DNA of 64,000 bases from positions 218,116,001 to 218,180,000 of the forward strand of contig OX597814.1 of assembly GCA_951406725.2 (NCBI GenBank), read 5' to 3'. Below the pieces are notes generated by a model. That model did no database searches, was not told where the DNA came from, and worked only from the letters and a program-made list of their open reading frames with translations. The position numbers and the translations under genes were made by a program. The DNA comes from Octopus vulgaris (lineage: Eukaryota). Of the stretch, positions 51,412-64,000 are shown piece by piece; the stretch's first letter is position 1, and the number at the start of each line of letters is the position of its first letter.

Positions 51412-53151
51412 TTAACCCTTTCGTTACTATATTTCTGACCAAAATACACCCCCCACGAGTTTCAATTAAATTCTAAAATAATCATGAATCTAGGCTTGTT
51501 TCATTAAATAACTAACTTTTTTACTTATCAACATATTAATGTGATATTTGGAACATAATTAAAGAAAGGGTTCTTAATCAATTCTATTGCATAACTTTTG
51601 TCTCAAAGTGACTTTAATTACAGGTAAATCCAGGTAAATTGAGCAAAAGGTAAAAATATTAAAATTTTGTTTAAACATCACCATAGAAAATGAATCATCA
51701 GCTAATATTCAAATGGTATGCAACAAAATTTTGATAAAGAAGAATTGTGCACATCACTAGATCATCAGTTGAATTTAATGCACAACAGGTGTACCATAAA
51801 GGTGGAATAAACTGAAATACTGGAATCCACCGCAAGTTTGACCGAACTAAAGAAATCGGTCAAAAAAATAATATACGGCCCTGGTTATGGTATCATCATC
51901 ATCATCGTTTAACGTCCGTTCTCCATGCTAGCATGGGTTGGACGGTTCGACTGGGGATCTGGGAAGCCAGAAGGCTGCACCAGGCTCCAGTCTTATCTGG
52001 CAATGTTTCTACAGCTGGATGCCCTTCCTAACGCCAACCACTCCGTGAGTGTAGTGGGTGCTTTTTACATGCCACCCGCACAGGTGCCAGGCAAGGCTGG
52101 CAATGGCCACGGTCGGATTGGTGCATTTTATGTGCCACCGGCACAGAAGCCAGTCGAGGCGGCACTGGCTTCGGCTGGTGCTTTTTACGTGCCACCGGCA
52201 CGGAAGCCAGTCGAGGTGGCGCTGGCATCGGCCACGATTCGGATAGTGCTTTTTTACGTACCACCAGTCCAGGGGTCCTGGCATCTGCCGGGTGCCAGTC
52301 ATAGGATTGGTTCAATTTCGATTCCGATTTCAATTTCACTTGCCCCAACATGTCTTTGCAAGCAAAGGGGGTTGGCATGGGTGCCTGTCGTCGGATGAGG
52401 TTCGATATCGACTTTTCTTGCCTCAACAGGTCTTTGTGTGTCCAAGGGAGGAAAGGCATGCATAAGTGGGCTGGGCTCACTTGTCCTGCCTGGTCTTCTC
52501 ACGTACAGCATATTTCCAAAGGTCTCGGTCGCTGGTCATTTCCTCAGTGATAAATTCCAGACCACCTCGTTCCCTAGGCCATGCTGACTAACATTATTTT
52601 CCCTGTATAAAAACTAAATCCACCGCAGTATCCAGTATTTGCTTCACAAATTTTCCGATATTTGCACCCCCATTTTGTGTTTGTTTACATTCTGCATAAG
52701 TTTGTTTCCGCATTGATCGCTTCAAACAATAACTTCCAGACCACATCATACCCTAAGCCATGCTGACTAACATTAGTTTCCCTGTATAAAAACTAAATCC
52801 ACAACAGTACCCAGTATTTGCTTCACAAATTTTCCAATTCGGAATCAATGCTTGATAACATGAAACTCCTATCCATTTTCAAAGTTGAAGAAAAATTGAC
52901 GCCGAAAAAAATGTGGAAAAAAATCTCCCAAAATTCAGGGAATTAAAATTACACTTCGATCGTTGTACAAAACTGTAGATGAACTGTTTACGAAGTATAA
53001 TCACGTGTTTTCACGAATGTACTAAAGAGATTTGCTCTGATATTCTCATTTAAATATGAATAGGTAATTACGGGCGGCTTTAGGCGGTTTGGTCACATTA
53101 ACCAAAATTTTTTTCAGGCGGCTTTGGGTGGTTTGGTAACGAAAGGGTTAA
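51412..53151. mobile_element. Long non-autonomous piggyBac-like element with a nested RTE fragment
   Basis: TTAA|ccctttcgttac...gtaacgaaaggg|TTAA; internal ~100-bp direct repeat (~52555-52655 / ~52735-52835). Confidence 0.85.
51892..52549 (-). mobile_element. RTE 3' end (last ORF2 codons plus complete 3' UTR)
   Basis: Family tail, variant units and gagaagacc (EKT) ORF2 end. Confidence 0.88.
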
Positions 53152-53879
53152 TGCATTATTCAAAATAAAACAGTCCTGCAATGGGTTACAAACTAATGAG
53201 ATTCAATTTTGATAACTTCTCAAGTATGATGACATCAGTTCTGACAAAACTTCTGTATCATTCATTACCACACTCTCCAATCTCCTTCACACTAATCCCC
53301 AACATTGTTCTTCCTTCCCCTTCCTCTGTGTTCTCTACTCCCATCCTATTTCTATTCATTTTATTATTTGTTCTATCACTAATTTCTCACAAAAATCATA
53401 TTCCTTTCTATCATGGGGTCCTCTATTTCGTTTTGCAAGCTACAAGGTAACACCAACAGTGATGGTGCCACAAAAGCATCCAGTACACTCTAAATGTTTG
53501 ATAATTGATCTGATCTGAACAGCAACAATGCAGGGCTTTAGAGGACTCTTTAGTCTTGCCGATGGCAAGGCAACCTCTATAGTGCCAGTGCCATGAAAAA
53601 TGCACCCTGTATTGTCTGTAAAGTGGTTGCTGTTAGGAAGAGTATCCAGCTGCTAAAAACCTGGCAATGTAGTGCTGGTGCTATGAAAATGTGGCTAGTG
53701 TTAGGAAGGGTGTCCAACTGCAGAAACCCTGCCAATATTGAGGCATTGGAAGATGTGGTCATCTGACTGTTGAATCCTGTCAAACTGAACAACACATTTC
53801 AAGTGGACATATAACGGTGATATAGTTGAGCATGGAAATGTAAGGCAATCCAGGTTTTTATCACAACTGGAATTCAAAC

Positions 53880-54301
53880 ATCAGATAACTGCTACATAAA
53901 GCTTTGGGAGTAACTCACTTTATCCCTGTTTAAGCATATTTATGGCTTGAAGGTGGTTAACCAAACACTTGATGTTATCTCATAAGCCAAACACACTGGA
54001 TATGTAATGCTTCAAAAAAACGTCTGTGACCGCATTGCACATTTAACAGTGGCTGGTTGTGAGAAGGGAAATGTAGGTGGCCGTACATTTTCTAATTGTT
54101 TCATATCGGAAACATTTTTTCACGCTCAGAGTTGCTGAGGCATGGAATAAACTGCCTGCGTCAGTTGTTGACTGCCATGACACTGCATCGTTTAAGGCCC
54201 TCATGCTTTCCGAAATCCGCCAAAACTACACCTGATTATACATACACTTTAGATGAGTTGTAGTGCACCTGAGCACTGTACACAATTATTATTATTATTA
54301 T
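53880..54301 (+). mobile_element. CR1-like LINE 3' end with (TTA)n tail
   Basis: RKHFFTLRVAEAWNKLPASVVDCHDTASFK; ends gatgagttgtagtgcacctgagcactgtacacaa(tta)n. Confidence 0.82.
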
Positions 54302-55189
54302 CATAGTCTGTTCATATATGAATCAAACATTAGGATTCAGAATAGGGTAAATTAGGGCTAGTCTGCAGTAGCTTTATTTATTTGAGGTATATTAAAAGTG
54401 CTTGACAATCTTCACAGACTTGTGAGATAATAAACTTTGAAAATTAGTTAACCGATGATATTATGGGTTTTGTGCTTGCAATTCAAATCTATTTCGACTC
54501 TACCTCATCTCTAATCATCCCAGACTCCTCTCCTCATAAATTCTTTTAACCTCAACTCATTCATCCTTCCTCTTCTTCAATCCCCAGAATCCATCCCGGC
54601 ACCTCGTTACTACCATCTTTATTTCTTTTTCCAGCTCCACTCTACTCCGATCCACTCTTACATAATGTGAATAGTCATGTATTTTCACTACAGCAAGAAA
54701 CCTGTTCTGGCCCCTTCTTTCATAGTTTAACCTCTCATCACCTAGCATAGAACTGTCTTTTCTCAGTCAAAGAGGATCTCTGTCTTGTAGCATGGTAACC
54801 TAACTACTGCTGGTGCCACAAAAAAGGCACCCAGTACATTCTGTAAAGTGGTCAATGTTTGACAGGGTATCTAACTGTAGAAACATACCAAAGCAGACAT
54901 TGGAGTCTGAGAATCCTCCAACCGGTCAGATCCTGTCAAACTGGCCAATCCATGCATGCCAGCATGGAAGACAGACGTAAATAACAATGAAGGTAACAAT
55001 ATATGAAGCTTACCCTAATAACTTTAAACACATATATTAATATTTGTCCTACAGACATCACAACAGTAATGCATAATAGATTCACAGAAATAAAACCATT
55101 AAAAAAAAAAAAACAACATTAAATTATTTAAAGAATGAAACAGTATGTGTGTGTGTGTGTATGTATATATATATATATACATGCATGTA

Positions 55190-55220
<31 letters not shown>

Positions 55221-55222
<2 letters not shown>

Positions 55223-55505
55223 CATCATCATCATCATCATCGTTTAACGTCCGTTCTCCATGCTAGCATGGGTTGGACAGTTCGACCGGGGATCTGAGAA
55301 GCCAGAAGGCTGCACCAGGCTCCAGTCTTATCTGGCAACGTTTCTACAGCTGGATGCCCTTCCTAACGCCAACCACTCCGTGAGTGGATTGGGTGCTTTT
55401 TACGTGTAGTGGGTGCTTTTTACGTGCCACCGCACAGGTGCCAGTAATATATATATATACATGCGAGGCTGGCAACGGCCACGGTCGGATTGGTGCAATT
55501 TAATA

Positions 55506-55550
<45 letters not shown>

Positions 55551-55830
55551 TCATTTAATGTCTGTTGTCCATGCTGGCATGGGTTGGATGGTTTAACCAG
55601 GATGGCAAGATGAAGGGCTGCACCAGACTCCAGTCTGATCTGGCAATGTTTCTACAGCTGGATGCCCTTCCTAACGTCAACCATTCCGGGAGTGCGATGG
55701 GTGCTTTTATGTGCTACCAGCATGGGTGTCTATTGTGTGACACCAGTATCTGCCATGACTATAATTTCGCTAGGCTTGATGGATCTTCCACTCAAGCATG
55801 GCATATTGTCCAAGGTCTCAGTCACTTGTC
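55221..55830 (-). mobile_element. Two tandem RTE 3' fragments in (TA)n (55221-55500 and 55547-55830)
   Basis: Two family tails. Confidence 0.85.
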
Positions 55831-55950
55831 TGTATAACATTCACACAAACAGTACAATCAAATAATGAAAGCTATGAAACAAACTGGACTAAGCATGAGA
55901 TAAAGAGGAGAAGATTAGCTGCAGGTAACTGGTTTAGATTAGCATTACAT

Positions 55951-56158
55951 TCTCTTTCACTTGTTTCAGTCATTTGACTGCGGCCATGCTGGAGCACCGC
56001 CTTTAGTCGAGCAAATCGACCCCGGGACTTATTCTTTGTAAGCCCAGTACTTATTCTATCGGTCTCTTTTGCTGAACTGCTAGGTGACGGGGACGTAAAC
56101 ACACCAGCATCGGTTGTCAAGCAATGCTAGGGGGACAAACACAGACACACAAACATAT

Positions 56159-56203
<45 letters not shown>

Positions 56204-56368
56204 TATATACATATATATATATATATACATATATACGACAGGCTTCTTTCAGTTTCCGTCTACCAAATCCACTCACAAGGCATTGGTCGGCCCGGGGCTA
56301 TAGCAGAAGACACTTGCCCAAGATGGTTGGTTAGCAAGCTACTTACCACACAGCCACTCCTGCGCCTA
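55951..56368 (-). mobile_element. Young SINE family A (B-box region deleted)
   Basis: Matches the reverse complement of the 43241 and 50329 copies; lacks the ggttcagtccc segment. Confidence 0.9.
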
Positions 56369-56557
56369 TTTTATTATAACAGGAACTTAAATTCAACATC
56401 ATCTACAAATCCATTTGTAGCTTATCAGTTCAAAATGAAAAAGTTTATTCTAATATTGCTTATTTTTCTGTGTCCAAAATTTATGAGTCAAAAACATGTA
56501 GAGATTACTCTATATTTTTACTAGAAGTTCAAAGGTCATATATGTATTAGTGTGTGC

Positions 56558-56601
<44 letters not shown>

Positions 56602-57047
56602 GACAGACAGACAGAGACACACACACACACACACACAGACGTGCGTGTGTGTGTAAAACAGAATTCTTCCCATTGTTATCATTATCAAGACTATTTTGTT
56701 CTTGCATGAGATAAAGATGAGAAGGTTAGCTGCAGGTAACTGGTTTAGATACACCCTTCTGTAACTTACTGAAACACTACAATTGAGATAGGTATATTTG
56801 TTCCAATATCAACATGTACACACACACACGCACATATCTCTCTTACAGCATTCATACAATATTTCTTGATAAGTTAAAATTGTTTTTCGGATGCTTTTGC
56901 TGTAGTTTTCTCTTCCCACACTGAGTTAGTGATATAACTGGTTGAAAATATGCAAGTTTACTAGGGTAATCTTGCATGTTCTCTCTTGCCATTTATCTTA
57001 GAATCTTTATCAAAGCTCTTATTTCAGACATTATTATTAAATTTTAG

Positions 57048-57430
57048 TGGAGGTGCAATGGCCCAGTGGTTAGGGCAGCGGACTCGCGGTCATAGGATCG
57101 CGGTTTCGATTCCTAGACCGGGCGTTGTGAGTGTTTATTGAGCGAAAACACCTAAGCTCCACGGGGCTCTGGCAGGGGATGGTGGTGATCCCTGCTGTAC
57201 TCTTTCACCACAACTTTCTCTCACTCTTACTTCCTGTTTCTGTTGTACCTGTATTTCAAAGGGCCGGCCTTGTCACTCTCTGTGTCACGCTGAATATCCC
57301 CGAGAACTACGTTAAGGGTACACGTGTCTGTGGAGTGCTCAGCCACTTACACGTTAATTTCACGAGCAGGCTGTTCCGTTGATTCGGATCAACCGGAACC
57401 CTTGTCGTCGTAACCGACGGAGTGCTTTCT
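57048..57430 (+). mobile_element. Young SINE family B
   Basis: TSD attaaatttta; near-identical to the 3392 and 20969 copies. Confidence 0.92.
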
Positions 57431-57619
57431 AAAAAAAATTAAATTTTAATATGTTGGTGGATTGGTAGAACTGTTAGAGCATGAGAAAACTTCTCAGCAA
57501 TTTCTCTTCTGGTTCTTTGTGTTCTGTTTTCAAATCCTACTGAGATCAACTTTGCTTTTCATCCAACTGGGATTCAAGAGAGTAAAGTACCAGTCTCACA
57601 ATGAACACAGCTGGCACCA

Positions 57620-59150
57620 CTTGGATACACCTCTCTGGAAATCCAAGAGAGTTTTTACTTAGTTCTGCAAGGCCATCAACTGAAACATGAGGAGTATTTT
57701 CATACAATCAAACCACCTCCACCACCTCCCAAAGTGCAGATGACCCTTTTGGTCTTTTGCCAAAAGGATTTCACCAACCTTCTCAATTGTGATGATTTTC
57801 TAAATAGTATTCCTGCAGAGAAAGCTTCCACATGAGGTGTTCCCTTTGCATTTAATTCCATACTGCACACACAAGATAACTCTACTCCAAAACTATCTAA
57901 CTCCATTCTACCAGATCCACCATCACATATATACACAAATAAAATGTTAAATCACTTCCAGTCACTTCAGACTAACAAAAATTACTGACCCTCACAATGT
58001 CCCTTCCATTACCATCAAAGAATGCATGCCAAGCCTAACCCCTATTCTCAACAAATTCTTCAGTATCTCTCTCTTTCTCTCTTGCGGTCTATCCTGATCT
58101 TTAGAAACATGCTACAGCAGGGTCTATTCCCTAAAACAGTAACCTCAACAACCCGGTGAACTAATTCATCTGTTACTCTCTTGTTTTAAATATCTGAAAG
58201 TGGGTGGAGATAGTCATTAGCATTCTTCAAAACCTTGAATTCCTATCCCTCTTTAATGGCCACAATGGTATGATTTCAGTAACACCAGATCGACTGAAGT
58301 GTGTCAAGGAGGAGCTCACCCTGATCCACACTGATGTGTCCCAGGGTTTGAATTTTTTTGCCTTTCATATTCTTCCTTGTATATATCAATGCCCTACTTG
58401 CCATCACCTTCAATGTTGCTCTCCCGAGCAGATTATACCACATTTCAGGCCTCCTTCACCCTACAAACCTACATGTCATCTGCATCGGAAAACAATACAC
58501 CCTCCACTCATATCTAAACATGAACAAAATGCAACTGGAATCCTCAAAATCCCCAAAATATGGTAGGGGTTTATCATCACTGAAGATCTGACAATTACAA
58601 ACCCTCAGCATAGGAAATCCTGGCCTCTTTTGTTCAGGGCCAGAAAATACATTAGCCCCTAATAACTACTAACCCTTTACAAAGCTAAAGTGAGACATAC
58701 AATGGTGTACTGTTTCCTCATATCAAGGACAGTTGTTACTGCTGCTGCTGTTATTACTACACAGACAAAATAGACCACCAAAGAAGACCACCCAAAACAT
58801 GGGTCTTCTCTCTGCTTTGTCCTACTACTAAGACATTGACCTCGGCTCTTCATCTCCACTCAGTCCCGTGACTCACTTGCCTCTCTTCCTCTTGTTATTA
58901 ATAACGTATCCAACTCTACAAACTCAACTCTATTACATCTAGTGCTTTCTCTCTTGAACATAAGCTCTCTAGAAACTCCTTCCCTGCACTTCTTCCTGCA
59001 ATTGTTCAAGGAGAACGTGATGATCCAACCTCTGTCAGCATGGAAAAGTGAGACATAAAGTGATGATGTTGACACTATTGCTAACGAACTCCCCCAACGA
59101 CTGACACTTAAACCAGCACTGCACAGTTTAGAAAGTTGCAATGGCACTAG
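57620..59150 (+). mobile_element. Old L2/Crack/Jockey-like LINE ORF2 relic
   Basis: HTDVSQG (GVPQG-like) and LLTLYKAKVRHTMVYC motifs; C/T-rich sense strand; heavily decayed. Confidence 0.6.
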
Positions 59151-59367
59151 AGCTACATGATAAAATTGCCATAGGATTAAATGTTGACTTCAAATAAAAG
59201 TAAATAAATGTTAAGATAAGACAAAGGCAACCCTAACACACATTATGAGCTTCTTTCAGCTTTCATCTCCCAAATCAGCTCATAAGGCTTTGGTTGGCTA
59301 AGGGCCCAAAGTGCTGTGCAGTGGGAATGAACCCAAAACCAACTTCATAACCACGCAGCCATGTCTG

Positions 59368-59686
59368 TCATCATCATCATCATTTAGCGTCCGTTTTCCA
59401 TGCTAGCATGGGTTGGATGGTTCAACTGGGGTCTGTGAAGCCGGAAGGCTTCATCAGGCCCAGTCAGATCTGGCAGTGTTTCTACGGCTGGATGCCCTTC
59501 CTAACGCCAACCACTCCGTGAGTGTAGTGGGTGCTTTTTACGTGCCAGACAGAGCTGGCAAACGGCCACGAACGGATGGTGTTTTTTCGTGTCACCGGCA
59601 CGGCTGGCAACGGACACGAACGGATGGTGCTTTTACGTGCTACCGGCACGGGGGCCAGGCGAGGCTGGCAACAGACACGAGGTGCC
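59368..59686 (-). mobile_element. RTE 3' UTR fragment
   Basis: Same subfamily as the 41057 copy. Confidence 0.88.
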
Positions 59687-59890
59687 TAAAATATTTCTGA
59701 TGCTAATTCTGAATCATAAGCAGCTGACAAATAATGGGATTTTGATTTTGAATTTCAATTCTACAATCATAACAAAGAATGTTTTTTTGGCATTTCACAT
59801 CAATTTTGAAATATTCTCTTTTAGTTTCATACAAAAGGAGCAGCTACACATTGCTTCTGGTATTTGTACAAAATGAAAGTTTGATGTTAG

Positions 59891-60466
59891 TCATCATCAT
59901 CGTTTAACATCCGCTTTCCATGCTGGCATGGATTGGACAATTTGACTGAGGATTGGCAAACCAGATGGCTGCACCAGGCCCCAATCTGACCTGGCAGAGT
60001 TTCTACAGCTGGATGCCATTCCTAACGCCAACCACTCCAAGAGTGTAGTGGGTACTTTTACGTGTCACTGGCATGAGGGCCAGTCAGGCAGTACTGGCGA
60101 CGGCCACACTCAAATGGTGTTTTTTACGTGCCAGGAGCCAGTCCAGCAGCACTGGCAACGGCCTTGCTCGAATGTTTTTCCACGTGCCACCGGCATGGAA
60201 GCCAGTTAGCTGCACTGGCAACGATCACGCTCGGATGGTGCTCTTACCGCTCCATTAGCACGGATGCCAGTCATCGAATTTGATTTCGATTTCACTTACC
60301 TCAACAGGTCTTCGCAAACAGAGTTTAGTGTCCAATGAAAGAAAGGTACGCATAAGTGGACTGGTTACACACCTTATATAGGCCACGAGGTTATGGTCTC
60401 ACTTGGCTTGCTGGGTCTTCTCAAGCACAGCATATTTCCAAAGGTCTCGGTCACTAGTCATTGTCT
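59891..60466 (-). mobile_element. RTE 3' end with three variant units
   Basis: Family tail; GCCAGT...ACTGGC stems; ORF2 end EKTQQAK*. Confidence 0.88.
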
Positions 60467-60739
60467 CAAAATGGTACTAGAAAGTCCCCAACAACTCTCC
60501 TTTCAATTGCAACTCATTTTGTCAAAAGGAAACATTTATTTTAAACTAGTTTTACCCAGATTTTTTTACAATAGGTGCACCATATCCTTACATGTTGTAG
60601 AGGCAACTAAAAACAGTATCAAGAAGGATATCCAATTGTAAAGCATGCTTCAGAAAGACCTGTGTAACCTGTATTGGTATGGACTGGATGGAAAAGCAGG
60701 TGTAAAGACAATGATGACATGATCGTATAATCCACTTAC

Positions 60740-60913
60740 CTTTAATGTTATGAAGATGGAATGTATTTTCCAAAATATTCATCATTTTCTTCTGGCCATT
60801 ACGGCTAGTTAAGTTAAGAAATAACATGGCATCAAGAACCGCATGGAAAGAAGGAATTTTTTGAAGCCTTTGATGTAAATGATCTGCATGGATAAGAGCA
60901 GCTAAACCTCCAG
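60740..60913 (-). CDS. Pectin acetylesterase/Notum-family hydrolase, penultimate coding exon
   Basis: ttttgactag acceptor and AAG|GTAAGT donor; 174 nt, phase 1-1. Translates (A)GGLAALIHADHLHQRLQKIPSFHAVLDAMLFLNLTSRNGQKKMMNILENTFHLHNIK(D) and completes G-S-S-A-G-G across a 154-bp intron. Confidence 0.92.
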
Positions 60914-61067
60914 CTAGTCAAAAATAAAGAAAACAAATTACAATCAATGTGTTGTGAAGCAATACAAGGAATCAAAATTTTTTTTTTTCCAGAAAATAAT
61001 AAGTCAAACAGATGCAAATTTGAGAGAGAGAGAAAAGAGAGTGAGAGAAAGAGAGAAATTTATTTAC

Positions 61068-61208
61068 CTGATGAACCACTCAGGATAACTTTCTTAGCAG
61101 ATCCTAAGTTAGTTTCAATAAGCAGGAAGTCAATAATAGCATCAAATATAGACGCACCTCTCAGGTAAATATTCCTAGAGTTGTACACAATTGGCTGTGA
61201 GCGATTTC
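61068..61208 (-). CDS. Pectin acetylesterase/Notum-family hydrolase, internal exon ending in the catalytic-serine motif
   Basis: tttatttag acceptor and CAG|GTAAAT donor; 141 nt, phase 1-1. Translates (G)NRSQPIVYNSRNIYLRGASIFDAIIDFLLIETNLGSAKKVILSGSS(A), matching the family pattern 'hYhRG..I..Ah...L....A..hhLSG.SAGG'. Confidence 0.92.
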
Positions 61209-61266
61209 CTAAATAAATATAAGAAATAAAGCTTTTATTTTTCAGTTGTCAAAGAGGACGTCTATA

Positions 61267-62018
61267 CATCATCATCATCATCATCATTTAGCGTCCGTTT
61301 TCCATGCTAGCATGGGTTGGACGGTTCAACTGGGGTCTGGGGAGCCCGAAGGCTGCACCAGGCCAGTCAGATCTGGCAGTGTTTCTACAGCTGGATGCCC
61401 TTCCTAACGCCAACCACTCCGAGAGTGTAGTGGGTGATTTTATGTGCCACCGACACAGGTGCCAGACGAGGCTGGCGAACGGCCACGCTCGGATGGTGTT
61501 TTTATGTGCCACCGACACAGGTGCCAGACGAGGCTGGCAGACGGCCACGCTCGGATGGTGTTTTTATGTGCCACCGACACAGGTGCCAGACGAGGCTGGC
61601 AGACGGCCACGCTCGGATGGTGTTTTTATGTGCCACCGACACAGGTGCCAGATGAGGCTGGCGGACGGCCACGATCGGATGGTGTTTGTTACGTCCCCAA
61701 AGCACGGAGGCCAGTCTATGCGGTACTGGCTACGGCCACGTTCGGATGATTTTCTTGTGTGCCACCGGCACTGGTACCACAAAGATACAAATTCCATTTA
61801 TGTTCATCTATTTTGATTTGATTTGATTTGATTTTGATTTTCACTTGCCTCAACAGGTCTTCACAAGTGTCACAAGAAGGAAGGTATGCACAGGTGGACT
61901 GTCTACGTCGCCGGGTCTTCGGATGGTGTCTTTATGTGCCACCGACACAGGTGCCAGATGTGGCTGGCGAACGGCCACGATCGGATGGTTTTCTTGTGTG
62001 CCACCGGTACTGGAACCA
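61267..62018 (-). mobile_element. Young RTE 3' UTR fragment with a 62-bp array, 58 bp from a splice acceptor
   Basis: Units at 61442, 61504, 61566, 61628, a divergent unit at 61691 and an extra unit at ~61934. Confidence 0.9.
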
Positions 62019-62619
62019 ATAAAAATGATTTACAGGTAGATGTGCTTGAGTTTAACTTCAGTCTTGGCAGAGGTTAACCATTTTCAGTTACTATATTTCT
62101 GCTGAAATCCATTGTTGTAATTTCAGTTAATTTTGAAAGTAATGAACATTTTAATGAAATAACTGTTATTAATTAAGCTGGTATAAGGCAGTGAGCTGGC
62201 AGAATCATTAACAAAATGCTTTGTGGTATTTCATGTTATGTTCTGAGTTCAGATTCTGCTGAGGTCAATTTTGTCTTTCATCTTTTCTGGGTCCATAAAA
62301 TAAGTACTAACTGAGCGCTGGGGTTGATATAACCAACTCAGCCCCTCCCTTGAAATTTCTAGCCTTGTGCTAAAATTTGAAACCATTAATAAACTGGTGT
62401 TTTTGAACATGAATTAACATGAAATTTTGACGGAAGGTTTTAATTTAATTTAACTTTAAAACAGAAGTTTGTATCATAACCTCAAAGGTGATGTCAGGTG
62501 GTATGGTGCTTGTGAATGACACTAGTCTAACACAGTTAACTTTTCCAGGTATCTAATCTCTACAGCTGGGCATGAGCTGAGGTACAAATTAACAAATATA
62601 TAACAAAGTATCTTGCTCA

Positions 62620-64000
62620 GTGGTACTAAATAAGGCAATTAAGTGTATGAAAACAGGGAAAGCCCTTGGCCCATCAGGAATCACTGCAGAAATGCTTAAA
62701 ATATTTGGCAGTGTTGGATATAGTCTAGTCACCTGTATAGTCAATCAGGTGATACTTGAAGGAGTCATACTCAATGACTGGTGTAGAAACACCATAGTCA
62801 ATTGCTACAAAGGTGATGCATTAGGTAGGAATAATTACAGAGGCATCAAGTTGTTAGATCAGGTGATGAAAGTGACGGAGTGGGTCATAGCCCAACTAAT
62901 TAGGGTGAGAGTCAGTTTAGATGAGATGCAGTTTGGGTTTGTGCCAGGGAAAAGCTGGTAAGACAGCTGCAGGAGAAATACCTAGCCAGAGATAAACCTC
63001 TGTACCTGGCTTTCGTTGACATGGAGAAAGCCTTTGATAAGGTCCTCCGATCCCTTATCTGGTAGTCAATACAGAAACTAGGGATAGATAAGTGGTTAGT
63101 GAGAGCTGTACAAGCCATGTACAGTGATGCTGTCAGTAGGGCAAGGGTTGGTAATGAGTATAGTGAAGAATTCCGGGTAGAGGTAGGGGTCCACCAAGGA
63201 TTAGTTCTCAGCCCTCTCTTATTTGTCATAGTCTTCCAGGCAATAACAGAAGGAATTCAAGACAGGATACCACTGGGAGCTTCTCTATGCTGATGACCTT
63301 GCTCTAATAGCTGAGTCACTATCAAAACTAGAGAAGTTTCAGGTGTGGTAACAAGGTCTAGAAGTGAAGGGCCTTAAAGTTAATCCAGCAAAACCCAAAG
63401 TCTTAATAAGTAGGAAGGCAGACGAATCACAAATTCCTTCCAGAGAGATGGTCCTGCTCGATCTGAAGAGAAAGCATAGGTAGAAACTCCATAAGATGTA
63501 CTCAGTCTAACTAAGAGGTGTAACAATATCAAAGGAAGGCTAACTGGGAAAGTTTTTGTGTGTAGCAAATGCTCAGGGGCAATAAACACTGAAAATGTTC
63601 AGAAAACAGCTTCCGTCACATGCCAGAGGGAAAAACTAGAAGTAGTTCACAACTTCCATTACCTAGGTGACCAAATCAGTGACAGGAGTGGATGCTCTGA
63701 GAGTGTAGCTGCTAGAATAAGAATAGCCTGGCAAAGATCAGAGAGCTCCTACTTCTGCTGGTAACAAAGGGCCTCTTGCTCAGAGTAAAAGGTAGAGTGT
63801 ATGATGCATGTGTGTGAACAGCCATACTACATGGCAGTGAAACTGGGCCGTGACTGCTAAGGACATGCGTAAGCTTACAAAGAATGAAGCCAGTATGCTC
63901 CGATGGATGTGTATTGTCAGTGTGCATACACAACAGAGTGTAAGCATCATGAGAGAAAAGTTGGACATAAGAAGCATCAGATGTGGTGTGCAAGAGAGAC
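62620..64000 (+). mobile_element. RTE LINE ORF2 (reverse transcriptase) relic, runs off the window
   Basis: NYRGIKLL, QFGFVPG, AFVDMEKAFD, GVHQGLVLSP, LYADDL and FHYLGDQ with stops and frameshifts. Confidence 0.93.

Noticed and set aside
61442-61760. 62-bp tandem units as a CRISPR-like array
   Set aside because: Adjacent units are nearly identical with no unique 25-40-nt spacers, there are no cas genes, and homologous arrays follow the RTE ORF2 stop codon (39951 onward).

Overview
AT-rich eukaryotic DNA that is mostly transposon-derived and rich in microsatellites. The SINE and RTE families look like those of octopus or another coleoid cephalopod; this is recognition from memory, not a search. 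One host gene can be reconstructed by hand. Three minus-strand coding exons (61208-61068, 60913-60740, 31431-30956) splice in frame through GT-AG phase-1 introns of 154 bp and about 29.3 kb. They encode the C-terminal part of a pectin-acetylesterase/Notum-family serine hydrolase with an apparently intact Ser-Asp-His triad; the 5' exons lie beyond the right edge. The rest comprises several tRNA-derived SINE families, RTE, CR1 and L2-like LINE relics, Tc1, mariner and DD37D transposons, TTAA MITEs, a non-autonomous Helitron, a solo LTR and Penelope-type fold-back elements with hammerhead-ribozyme relics. The most notable patterns are: (i) variable-copy arrays of a ~62-nt structured unit (conserved stems, variable loops, candidate pseudoknot) in RTE 3' UTRs; (ii) a near-perfect palindrome made of two minimal hammerheads; (iii) several independent hints of an unannotated plus-strand transcription unit; (iv) a minisatellite born from a CR1 3' end. 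Most ORFs in the supplied track are spurious translations of repeats. No prokaryotic system or CRISPR array is present.
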